Shown in pieces: positions 28,661-36,695 of a stretch of DNA of 64,000 bases (positions are counted from its first letter, which is position 1; every line of letters starts with the position of its first letter). The DNA comes from an uncultured Acidobacteriaceae bacterium (GTDB lineage Bacteria; Acidobacteriota; Terriglobia; Terriglobales; Acidobacteriaceae), in contig CAVSVS010000018.1 of the NCBI GenBank assembly GCA_963731405.1, positions 14,704-78,703 of the forward strand, written 5' to 3'. The notes below the pieces were generated by a model. The model saw only the letters and a program-made list of their open reading frames with translations. It was not told where the DNA came from and ran no database searches. Position numbers and translations under genes: made by a program.

Positions 28661-29095
28661 ATGCGTATGCTGCCTGCCCCGACGAAGCCACTCCCTGGGA
28701 TTGTGAGCGCCATTCTTATCCTTTGCATCGTTACCCGCGCGCAATGCCCGGTCGAAACCGTCATCGTAAAGGGGCGCGTCGCCGGAAATGCTAGCGCGAA
28801 CTCCAAGGTCCGTGTGCAGCTTGTCTATCCCAAAGAAAAGCCGGGTGAATCGGGAGAGGTGACGGTGGAAGACGGGGCCTTCCGGATTCCAATCGAATTC
28901 GTGACCATGCAAAGTTCCATTTTCACCAACCTGCCCAAGAGATGTGGGCGGAAGCCAAAGACGGTGGTCATCACTTTGCTGGAAAACGACCAGCAGTCCG
29001 ACGAAGTCTTTCTGGATTTTGCCAAGGAATTCAGGATGGCCGATGCGAGTGCGTACTCTTCGCGCTCCGAAGTCGTGCTGACCAGTACACACTGA
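28661..29095 (+). CDS. Hypothetical secreted protein (carboxypeptidase-regulatory-like beta-sandwich possible)
   Basis: ATG 28661 (MRMLPAPTKPLPGIVSAILILCIV). The sequence VIVKGRVAGN...GEVTVEDGAFRIPIEF looks like a beta-sandwich. Confidence 0.55.
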   Translation: MRMLPAPTKPLPGIVSAILILCIVTRAQCPVETVIVKGRVAGNASANSKVRVQLVYPKEKPGESGEVTVEDGAFRIPIEFVTMQSSIFTNLPKRCGRKPKTVVITLLENDQQSDEVFLDFAKEFRMADASAYSSRSEVVLTSTH

Positions 29096-29516
29096 CCCGA
29101 GTGTACGGTGATATTGCCGAAAGAGGACGATGGTTCTCGGAGAAAGAGTATACGAGTCAGCTGCTGATCAGCCGAATGAGCAATCAACATTGCTGCGGGC
29201 GACTTGCAAAGGCCGTTAACACAGTGCATTTCTAGCCCAGGACAATTCTTCAGATCAATTCATACAGCTTCAGCCGCTCTCCATGGACGTTTTTTCCTTT
29301 CAGAGGCATGATCGCGAACACTTCCTCCTGGGAGGCAGCGGTCTCAAGGTTGTTCTAGTGAGACGGTAGCGCTGCTAGCGAATGGACCGTGCCCCTGGCC
29401 AACATGGTCCGTATTTCGAACAGAGCACTTTCACGAAGAACGTCCGCTTTTTCGAAACAGCGAGGAAAACAGGCAGAGGGGACCCGGGCCCATTCACCCA
29501 GACCATGGGAGGAGCC

Positions 29517-30200
29517 ATGCCATTGCATTTTGAGGATTTCGACAGTTCCTATCTAAATCGGCTTCGTTCTGGCGATTTGAGCACGCAACAGCACTTCGTA
29601 GCCTACTTTGGCAAATTGATTCGCCTGAAGGTGGGAAAGCGTTTGCGCTCGCTTGCGTCAGTCGAAGACGTTCGGCAAGAGACCTTCACGCGCGTCCTGC
29701 GGATTCTCGCAGAACAACGTATCCATGAACCGGGCCGTCTCGGAGCCTTCGTCAATTCCGTTTGCAACAACGTATTGTCCGAGCATCGTCGATTGGAAAA
29801 ACGGGAGATTTCGGCTCCCGAGGGGTTCGTCGATGCCATCCCCGACCGAGCCATTGGAGCTTGTGATGCTATCGGCCTGCGGGAAATGCAGCAACGGGTT
29901 CGGCAGACTCTCGATGAACTGCCAGAAAAGGATCGCTGTCTGTTGAAGGCCGTGTTCCTGGACGAGCGGAGTAAGGATGAAGTATGCCGCGATTTTGGCG
30001 TAAACCGTGATTACCTCAGAGTCCTGGTTCATCGCGCCAAACAATCCTTTAAGTCGCACTATTTGCGGGCAACGCGAGGCGGAGCGGCGGAGACATGCCC
30101 GGCCACCGGTACTGCCGCTTCTCGGGAGACAGAGGACTCATCGCAGCGAAGTATTCCTGGTTTGTTCGAGCACCTGCGCGATCGCGCGTACTCGGGTTAG
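29517..30200 (+). CDS. ECF-type RNA polymerase sigma-70 family factor
   Basis: Region 2-like sequence is VEDVRQETFTRVLRIL. Region 4-like sequence is LDELPEKDRCLLKAVFLDERSKDEVCRDFGVNRDYLRVLVHRAKQSF. ATG 29517 is preceded by GGGAGGAG; ATG 29505 is an alternative start. Confidence 0.85.
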   Translation: MPLHFEDFDSSYLNRLRSGDLSTQQHFVAYFGKLIRLKVGKRLRSLASVEDVRQETFTRVLRILAEQRIHEPGRLGAFVNSVCNNVLSEHRRLEKREISAPEGFVDAIPDRAIGACDAIGLREMQQRVRQTLDELPEKDRCLLKAVFLDERSKDEVCRDFGVNRDYLRVLVHRAKQSFKSHYLRATRGGAAETCPATGTAASRETEDSSQRSIPGLFEHLRDRAYSG

Positions 30201-30460
30201 CGGGGTCGTCAGTGATCCGGAAAAACGCAATATTGAGGTGTGCTCACGGTCGAATCGAAGCAGCACCTCGCATGATCGACCCCGACTGCGCCACACTTCC
30301 AACACCTTCCGCTACAGAGTCTCAGGGCGGCGGTAGCCCCTATGCCTTTTGACAGTTTCCCTCCGTCAATTTCTGGCTCAAGCTAAATGACGCGGTTCCA
30401 TGCATTCAGTCAAGATTCGCCCCAGGCCAGCAAGCAACCCTTAATCGGAGGAGAAACGCC

Positions 30461-31171
30461 ATGCTGAAAAATATGTTTGAAACGATGACCGAGCGAATTA
30501 CGGGGAAGGCTCTGTGCTGCTTTCTCACTTCGTTCGTGATGTTGCTGATGACACTTCCCTTGTTAGCTGCGGACAAGGAGAAGGACGAGGACACTCTGCG
30601 GCAGGCCAACCTGGTGTTACAAGGACTGGTCGACAGCAAGAGCATTCCGCCGGATCTGTTGTCGAAGGCGGATTGCGTGCTCATTCTGCCGGGTGTGAAG
30701 AAGTTCGGTTTCGGAGTAGGTGGCAGCGGCGGGCGCGGTCCCTTGCTGTGCCGCGGGGGCAAAGATTTCAAGGGCAAATGGTCCGCGCCTGCGATGTTCT
30801 CCATCGGTGGCGCCAGCGTTGGCCTGCAGGTAGGAGGTTCAACCACGGACTTCGTCCTGCTATTGATGAATCCGAAAGTGGTGAATCAGGTCCTGAACGG
30901 CAAGACGAAGATGGGTTCAGATGCAACGGCAGCAGCGGGCCCGGGCGCCACTGCGGCCAGTGCAGCTGATGTCGACGTCCTGACATATGGGCGGGCAAAA
31001 GGAGTCTTCGCCGGCGTATCGCTGGGCGGGGCAACGGTGGAACCTGACAATGACGCGAACTACCGGCTATACGGCAAGACGGTGACCGCGACCGATATCG
31101 TGCGAGGAACCGATGTCAAGCCATCGGGCGAAGGCCAGTCGCTGGTTGCAGTGCTGAATAGCAAGACCTAG
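30461..31171 (+). CDS. SYLF (Ysc84/DUF500) lipid-binding domain protein, secreted
   Basis: 236 aa. The sequences ADCVLILPGVKKFGFGVGGSGGRGPLLCR...WSAPAMFSIGGASVGLQVGGSTTDFVLLLMN are typical SYLF. The RBS is GGAGGA. Confidence 0.85.
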   Translation: MLKNMFETMTERITGKALCCFLTSFVMLLMTLPLLAADKEKDEDTLRQANLVLQGLVDSKSIPPDLLSKADCVLILPGVKKFGFGVGGSGGRGPLLCRGGKDFKGKWSAPAMFSIGGASVGLQVGGSTTDFVLLLMNPKVVNQVLNGKTKMGSDATAAAGPGATAASAADVDVLTYGRAKGVFAGVSLGGATVEPDNDANYRLYGKTVTATDIVRGTDVKPSGEGQSLVAVLNSKT

Positions 31172-32036
31172 CAAGATGAGCACGGAGGGGGGCGCACTCG
31201 TCTACGGAGTTATGCCCTCCGCTCGACCTGTCCCGATTTTGGGGATTCGTAACGAATGACATTTGCCCAACGCAGGCATTGCTCTCCTGGCGAGCGCATC
31301 GAAGGTCACGCCGCGGCACTGACTCTCCGGGGCTTCGGGTGAAGCTCGGAGATAAATTTACTAGCGACTTCCGAAAACTCCTTCGACGATTGGGGGTCGT
31401 CGGGATACTTCGCAACGACGGTACCCCCAGCCGGTCAACTGCTGACGTCCTCCCAATAATGTCGAGTGTCAGCGATGCGCAGCTGGCAAATGGACACTGC
31501 TGCTTTGGTGCTTCCGAGCCAACGCCAAAGAAATTGGACTTAACAGAGACGACTAGTTACAAATTCCGAACATACAAGAAATTGTGGCTGCCGCGAGGCG
31601 AAAAGCTGGGTATAGTGCTGCCAACCACTTCGCGTCGCTCCGGCCTTGCAAGGCGACGATCCTACCTTAAGCCGTCGTCCGTCTTTGCAAGACGTGGGCA
31701 TGAATTTGTCCCAGTGTGGGGTGTGCCATGCAGAGACGCTTAACGCAAATCTCTTCATCACTATCGGGTTGGAGACGCGCTCTCGACCTGTGGCCTTACG
31801 TTTTCGTTGCCGTTTCGATTGTGGGGCTGGCCTATATCGCTGTGAATTCCGCCCGCTGAAATTTCTGGGCTTCAATCTGCGACTAACAAGACGGCCGGAC
31901 GTCGAAATCAACCGCCCTTGCGGTAAGGCCGGACGAAACCTGACTGCCTCAATGCCAGGCGCGGGTCCTAATGATGTTGCGCGAGGGTGCCGATGAGAAC
32001 AGATTGAGGGTCCTTGATCCTTTTTGGAGGCGATTC

Positions 32037-32444
32037 GTGTCTTTGACGACCTGGGATGAGTCTTACAGCGTGAAGGTTTCGCAATGCGATGCTGACCACA
32101 AGAAGCTGTTCGAACTGATTAATACACTGCATGACGCAATGTCCGCGCGAGACAGAAAAGCCGTTGTAGCTCAGGTGATCGATGAATTGACGGATTACGC
32201 GACCTATCACTTCGCAACGGAAGAAGCGATGTTGGAAAAAACGAAGTATCCCCAACTGACTTCCCACCGGCGCGAGCATCTGATCTTCATGGACGAGGCG
32301 AGACGACTGCAACGGGACCTTGCGGCCCTGAAGGGCGGGCAAGCACTCACGGTGGTTGTGTTTCTGAATGACTGGCTGCTCAACCACATCCGGCAAACCG
32401 ACCAGAGATACTCTGCACATCTAAATGCGGGCGGTATTTTCTAG
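32037..32444 (+). CDS. Hemerythrin-like metal-binding protein (bacteriohemerythrin)
   Basis: It contains WDESYSVKVSQCDADHKKLFELIN, YHFATEEAML, HRREH and NHIRQTDQRY. GTG 32037 lies 6 nt after GGAGG; the track start at 31971 is less likely. Confidence 0.85.
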   Translation: MSLTTWDESYSVKVSQCDADHKKLFELINTLHDAMSARDRKAVVAQVIDELTDYATYHFATEEAMLEKTKYPQLTSHRREHLIFMDEARRLQRDLAALKGGQALTVVVFLNDWLLNHIRQTDQRYSAHLNAGGIF

Positions 32445-32588
32445 ATATTGCCCCAGGCGTGAAGTCACCGACAGGACGGAGATGCCTCCGTAGAATCCGT
32501 GCAGGTTTAAGCATTCCGCTCGATCTGCTATCTGGTCCCTGCACAATCGTAACCAGCGTGGGACGCAGAATCGGCATCAAAATGGGGC

Positions 32589-33167
32589 ATGCGGAGAATG
32601 CCCAAACTCGCGATGGTGCTGGGGTGGTGGCTGGGGATTGGTATGTTGTGGGCCCAGGACGGCGTTCGCGGCGATGGTCGCGATCTCGGGGTGCAGACTT
32701 CAGGCACGCCGGAAGCGGTGCTATCGAGAACGGCTGTGAAGGAGAAGTCCCGAAGCAGCCGCGCGCGCGGCTTAAGCTCGAAGAATCGGCAGGCGGTGAT
32801 TGGGGTGGCGCTGCGCTCGAAGAATCCGCGGCCGGGAGAGCGCGATTGCTCCCACCTGGTGCATGCGATTTATCAGCGAGCGGGGTTTCCGTATGCGTAC
32901 GCGCCTTCGGATGATTTGTACGACGGGGTCGAGGGATTTCAGCGCGTTTCGCGGCCGAAGGCTGGGGATTTGGTGGTCTGGCGAGGGCATGTGGGGATTG
33001 TGATTCGTCCGTCGCGACATGCGTTTTTTAGTTTCCTGCATGCGGGGCCGGGGATTGATGATTACCGGAACCGGTATTGGAAGGGGCGGGGCGAGGCGCG
33101 GTTCTATCGGTATCTGAAGAGTGCGGGGTGCTCGGGGTGTACGATCGCTCGGGGGCGGGGAGAGTGA
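32589..33167 (+). CDS. NlpC/P60 (C40) family peptidase-like protein
   Basis: It has a signal peptide. The catalytic Cys context is RDCSHLVHAIYQRAG and the His context is WRGHVGIVI. Confidence 0.75.
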   Translation: MRRMPKLAMVLGWWLGIGMLWAQDGVRGDGRDLGVQTSGTPEAVLSRTAVKEKSRSSRARGLSSKNRQAVIGVALRSKNPRPGERDCSHLVHAIYQRAGFPYAYAPSDDLYDGVEGFQRVSRPKAGDLVVWRGHVGIVIRPSRHAFFSFLHAGPGIDDYRNRYWKGRGEARFYRYLKSAGCSGCTIARGRGE

Positions 33168-33226
33168 GTGCCGGAATTCACGCTCCTGAAGAGCTTTTGA
33201 TTGCAAAGGCTGAGAAAAAACCATAA

Positions 33227-33310
33227 ACCACGAAGGACACTAAGGATCACGAAGAAAAATTATTGGTGGATATTTGCTTCTTCTACTTTCTGGCGTTCGC
33301 GGTAAGGACC
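33227..33310. repeat. Intergenic repeat family B, copy 1
   Basis: ACCACGAAGGACAC...TTCTTC...CGCGGTAAGGACC shares both termini with the copy at 35813..35883. Confidence 0.6.
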
Positions 33311-33381
33311 TTTCATTGAGCCGATAGGCTGACCCTCCGTTGTCTTCCGTTCTTGCCCTTATAATCTACTCTGAGCTTTTT

Positions 33382-34338
33382 ATGATTCAGACTTTGTTTG
33401 GCAGCCTTACCGAAGAGCAGAAGCCTAGCTTCATGGATCGCATGAAACAGGCGGTCACGCGCACGCGCGAGAATCTCGCGGAGCGGATTGAGGAAGTTGT
33501 TTCGTTTGGAAAAGAGATCGACCGGAATACGCTGGATGACCTTGAGGCTACGCTGATTGGCGCGGATTTGGGGAGCACGACGACGCAGGAAGTGCTGGGC
33601 AAACTGCGGGAGAAGGCGGATCGCAAGCAGATTAAAGATGTGGCGGAACTCAAGCGACTGCTGAAGGAAGAACTTCTGGCGATTTTGAATTCGGCGAATG
33701 CGCGTCCGGTAAAGACCGTGGATGGGGCGCCCGAGGTGATCCTGGTCGTGGGGGTGAACGGGACCGGCAAGACGACTACGATTGGAAAGCTGTCGCAGGT
33801 GTTCCGGTCGCAGGGAAAGAATGTTTTGCTTTGCGCGGCGGATACCTTTCGGGCTGCGGCGATTGATCAACTGGAAATCTGGGGCTCACGGACCGGGACG
33901 GAAGTGATCAAAACCAAGCCGGGGGGGGATCCTTCGGCGGTCTTGTTCGATGCGTTACAGGCGGCGGCTGCCCGGAAAATGGATTATGTCGTGGTCGATA
34001 CGGCGGGACGGCTGCACACGAAAAGCAGCCTGATGGCGGAACTGGAGAAGATGCGGCGCACTGCGCAGCGGATTATTCCGGGGGCTCCGCATGAAACTTT
34101 GCTGGTGATGGACGCGACTACAGGGCAGAACGGATTGCAGCAGGCGCGAATGTTTACCGAGTCGGCGGGAGTGACAGGGATTGTTTTGACCAAGCTGGAT
34201 GGGACGGCTAAGGGCGGAGTCGTGGTGGCGATCTCGCGCGAGTTGGGATTGCCGGTGCGCTATGTGGGAGTGGGCGAGAAGGTTGGGGATCTGCTGCCAT
34301 TTGATCCGAAGGAGTTTGTGGATTCTCTGTTTGAGTAG
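33382..34338 (+). CDS. ftsY: Signal recognition particle receptor FtsY
   Basis: The SRP54-type GTPase motifs are present: VVGVNGTGKTTTIGKL, DTAGRL, TKLDGTAKGG. ATG 33382 was chosen. Confidence 0.95.
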   Translation: MIQTLFGSLTEEQKPSFMDRMKQAVTRTRENLAERIEEVVSFGKEIDRNTLDDLEATLIGADLGSTTTQEVLGKLREKADRKQIKDVAELKRLLKEELLAILNSANARPVKTVDGAPEVILVVGVNGTGKTTTIGKLSQVFRSQGKNVLLCAADTFRAAAIDQLEIWGSRTGTEVIKTKPGGDPSAVLFDALQAAAARKMDYVVVDTAGRLHTKSSLMAELEKMRRTAQRIIPGAPHETLLVMDATTGQNGLQQARMFTESAGVTGIVLTKLDGTAKGGVVVAISRELGLPVRYVGVGEKVGDLLPFDPKEFVDSLFE

Positions 34339-34347
34339 GAGAGGCTT

Positions 34348-34548
34348 ATGCGGGATGCTGAAAGACCTTCGCGGTTCCGGCTTATGGTTGACTTCTTGAA
34401 GAAATTGCTTGGGAAAAAGGCGACACCTCCGGGCGATCCTTATGCTTATGTGATGGCTCCGGTGAAGCGCGGGCCTTCTGGACGGAGTGGGGCAGAGGTG
34501 GCGGAGATTGAAGAGGATTCGTATAAGAGCTTTCCTCCGCGCAGATAA
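34348..34548 (+). CDS. Small hypothetical protein (66 aa)
   Basis: The ATG lies 4 nt after AGGAGAGG and directly follows ftsY. No domain is recognised and the composition is only moderately protein-like. Confidence 0.35.
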   Translation: MRDAERPSRFRLMVDFLKKLLGKKATPPGDPYAYVMAPVKRGPSGRSGAEVAEIEEDSYKSFPPRR

Positions 34549-34626
34549 GGCACGCCGGGGCTAAAGCCCCCAGTTATTTTTGAGTCACTTTACGCGGCCC
34601 TTAAAGGGCCGCTCTTCCACGGTCGT
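34549..34626. repeat. Intergenic repeat family A, copy 1 (two hairpins)
   Basis: GGCACGCCGGGGCTAAAGCCCC...TTTACGCGGCCCTTAAAGGGCCGCTCTTCCAC aligns with 36589..36665. The hairpins are GGGGC-TAAA-GCCCC (then a T-run) and GCGGCCC-TTAAA-GGGCCGC. Confidence 0.6.
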
Positions 34627-34636
34627 TCCATCTTGC

Positions 34637-35803
34637 ATGTCTGCTCACTCGACTGACGAACAACATCTTCACCGTGCTCTCGAACTTGCTCGCCAAGGGG
34701 TGGGATTGGCGTCACCGAATCCTTATGTTGGAGCGGTGATTGCCGATACTCACGGGAACGTTGTTGGCACTGGCATCTACACCTACGCTGGCGTGAAGCA
34801 TGCCGAGGTGCTGGCACTGGAAGTCGCCGGGAAAAAGGCTCGGGGCGGAACGCTCTACATCAATCTGGAACCACATGCGCATCAAGGTCGCACACCTCCG
34901 TGCACCGATGCGCTGATTGCCGCGGGCATTCATCGTGTTGTTGCCTCGATGAACGATCCGAATCCGAAGGTCAGCGGAGTGGGATTTGAGAAGCTGCGCG
35001 CGGCTGGCGTTCACGTTGAAGTCGGACGACTGGAAGAGCAGGCACGTCGGCTGAATGAAGGATTCGCTCGCTACATTCGGCATGGTACGCCGCTGGTGAC
35101 GTTGAAGGCGGCGATGACGCTGGATGGGAAGATTGCGCCTCCGCCGGCTGAGGCGCTGGACCGGTCAGTGGGGATTCCTGCGGGTGGATGGGTGACCAGC
35201 GAGGTGGCGCGGGCGCACGTGCAGGAGTTGCGGCATCAGCATGATGCGCTGATGGTGGGGGCCGGAACAATTCTTGCGGACAATCCGCTGCTCACGGATC
35301 GGAGCGGGCGGGCTCGGCGCCGTCCGTTGCTGCGGGTGATTCTAGATTCGCGGCTGCGGTTACCGGTGGACTCGCGGCTGGTACAGAGCGTGGCGGCAGA
35401 ACGGAAGTCGGACGTCCTCGTCTTCTTCTCAGAGGCAGATACGGAGAAGCAGACGCAACTGGAAGAGCTGGGGATTCGACTTGAGAAGGTTCCGGCGGTG
35501 ATGCCAGACGGGCGTCCAGATCTCTCGGGGATTCTGCGGCGGCTAGGTCAATTGGACATAACGTCGGTGATGATTGAAGGGGGAGCGACCGTCAATTGGA
35601 CGGCGCTGGCGGCGAATGTGGTGGACAAAGTTTTTCTTTATTATGCGCCGAAGATTCTGGCGGGGACAGGATCGATTCCCTTTGCGGCCGGGCCGGGGTT
35701 TCATCATATGAACTCGGCGGCGCAGGTGAGACAGTTACATCTGCATCGGTTCGGGGAGGACTTCGCGGTGGAGGGGTATTTGCGGGATCCGTATGGGGAG
35801 TGA
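34637..35803 (+). CDS. ribD: Bifunctional diaminohydroxyphosphoribosylaminopyrimidine deaminase / 5-amino-6-(5-phosphoribosylamino)uracil reductase
   Basis: The deaminase motifs are HAEVLAL and PCTDAL. The reductase part includes TLKAAMTLDGKIA and GGATV. ATG 34637 was chosen. Confidence 0.95.
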   Translation: MSAHSTDEQHLHRALELARQGVGLASPNPYVGAVIADTHGNVVGTGIYTYAGVKHAEVLALEVAGKKARGGTLYINLEPHAHQGRTPPCTDALIAAGIHRVVASMNDPNPKVSGVGFEKLRAAGVHVEVGRLEEQARRLNEGFARYIRHGTPLVTLKAAMTLDGKIAPPPAEALDRSVGIPAGGWVTSEVARAHVQELRHQHDALMVGAGTILADNPLLTDRSGRARRRPLLRVILDSRLRLPVDSRLVQSVAAERKSDVLVFFSEADTEKQTQLEELGIRLEKVPAVMPDGRPDLSGILRRLGQLDITSVMIEGGATVNWTALAANVVDKVFLYYAPKILAGTGSIPFAAGPGFHHMNSAAQVRQLHLHRFGEDFAVEGYLRDPYGE

Positions 35804-35812
35804 AGAGCTTTC

Positions 35813-35883
35813 ACCACGGAGGACACGGGGGAACACAGAGGACGAGAATCTTCTTCGCGACACCGCGACTCCGCGGTAAAACC
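35813..35883. repeat. Intergenic repeat family B, copy 2
   Basis: ACCACGGAGGACAC...TTCTTCGCGACACCGCGACTCCGCGGTAAAACC lies between ribD and ribE. Confidence 0.6.
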
Positions 35884-35923
35884 TTTGGCGGGTTTATGAT
35901 GGGTGGTTCATTTGGAGGGACTC

Positions 35924-36565
35924 ATGTTTACTGGCATTGTGGAGGAGGTTGGGCGTGTGTCACGGATTGAGCAGCGCGGGGAGAATCGGCGGATTACGGT
36001 TTCAGCGACGAACGCGCCGAAAGAATTGCAGACTGGGAACAGCGTATCTGTGAGTGGAGTTTGCTTGACGGCGCTTGACATTAAGCCGGGATCGTTTTGT
36101 GCGGATCTGGCGCCGGAGACCTGGGTACGGACTTCGTTCTCGCGCATTCATGAAGGGGCGCTGGTGAATCTGGAATTGCCGATGAAGGCGGATGGGCGCT
36201 TTGGAGGCCACATCGTGCAAGGGCATGTGGACGGAGTCGGCAAGCTGATCGCGTTTGACCGGATCGCGGAGTCGGAGAACTGGTGGCTGGATATCGAAAT
36301 GCCAGAGGATGTCGCGAAGTACACCGTGTACAAGGGATCGATTTCGATTGAGGGAATCAGCTTGACGGTTGCAAAGTTGGAGAGAGACCGATGCACGATC
36401 GCGATCATTCCGCATACTGTCGAGGTGACGAATCTGCATTCGCTGAAGGCGGGGGATCCGGTGAACCTGGAAGCGGATTTGATTGCGAAATACGTGGAGA
36501 AGATGATGCGGGGGGATGTGGAGAGCTCTTTGACCGTCGAGGATTTGGTGCAGCAGGGATTTTAG
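35924..36565 (+). CDS. ribE: Riboflavin synthase (alpha chain)
   Basis: It starts MFTGIVEEVG and has duplicated lumazine-binding halves (GVCLT / GISLTV). ATG 35924 lies 4 nt after GGAGGG. Confidence 0.95.
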   Translation: MFTGIVEEVGRVSRIEQRGENRRITVSATNAPKELQTGNSVSVSGVCLTALDIKPGSFCADLAPETWVRTSFSRIHEGALVNLELPMKADGRFGGHIVQGHVDGVGKLIAFDRIAESENWWLDIEMPEDVAKYTVYKGSISIEGISLTVAKLERDRCTIAIIPHTVEVTNLHSLKAGDPVNLEADLIAKYVEKMMRGDVESSLTVEDLVQQGF

Positions 36566-36588
36566 GGACGGTTGCCAATCGTTATTCG

Positions 36589-36665
36589 GGCACCGCAGGG
36601 GCTAAAGCCTGAGGGAAAAAATGGACTCTATCGCAGCGCTGAAAGAGCTGCGCTACCCGAAAGAA
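36589..36665. repeat. Intergenic repeat family A, copy 2
   Basis: GGCACCGCAGGGGCTAAAGCC...TATCGCAGCGCTGAAAGAGCTGCGCTACCCGA is roughly 70% identical by eye to 34549..34626. Confidence 0.6.
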
Positions 36666-36695
36666 CTCCTCCCGACGCGCTTCCACGATATGGCC

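Noticed and set aside
27907-28806. 299-aa minus-strand ORF
   Set aside because: It is antisense to the YncE-like propeller gene and the following gene. It is Arg-rich and not protein-like.
31728-31859. 43-aa ORF with one hydrophobic helix
   Set aside because: The Shine-Dalgarno sequence is weak and there is no conservation evidence available. It is kept only as a note inside the non-coding-gap finding.
31279-31996. Track ORFs 31279..31743 (+), 31540..31911 (-) and 31646..31996 (+)
   Set aside because: They are Arg/Cys/Ser-rich, mutually overlapping, and have no RBS or domain signal. I treat the region as non-coding (see the finding for 31172..32036).
34339-34636. Looked for an FMN riboswitch upstream of ribD
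   Set aside because: None of the conserved RFN core segments is visible. The region is occupied by a small ORF and a family-A repeat.
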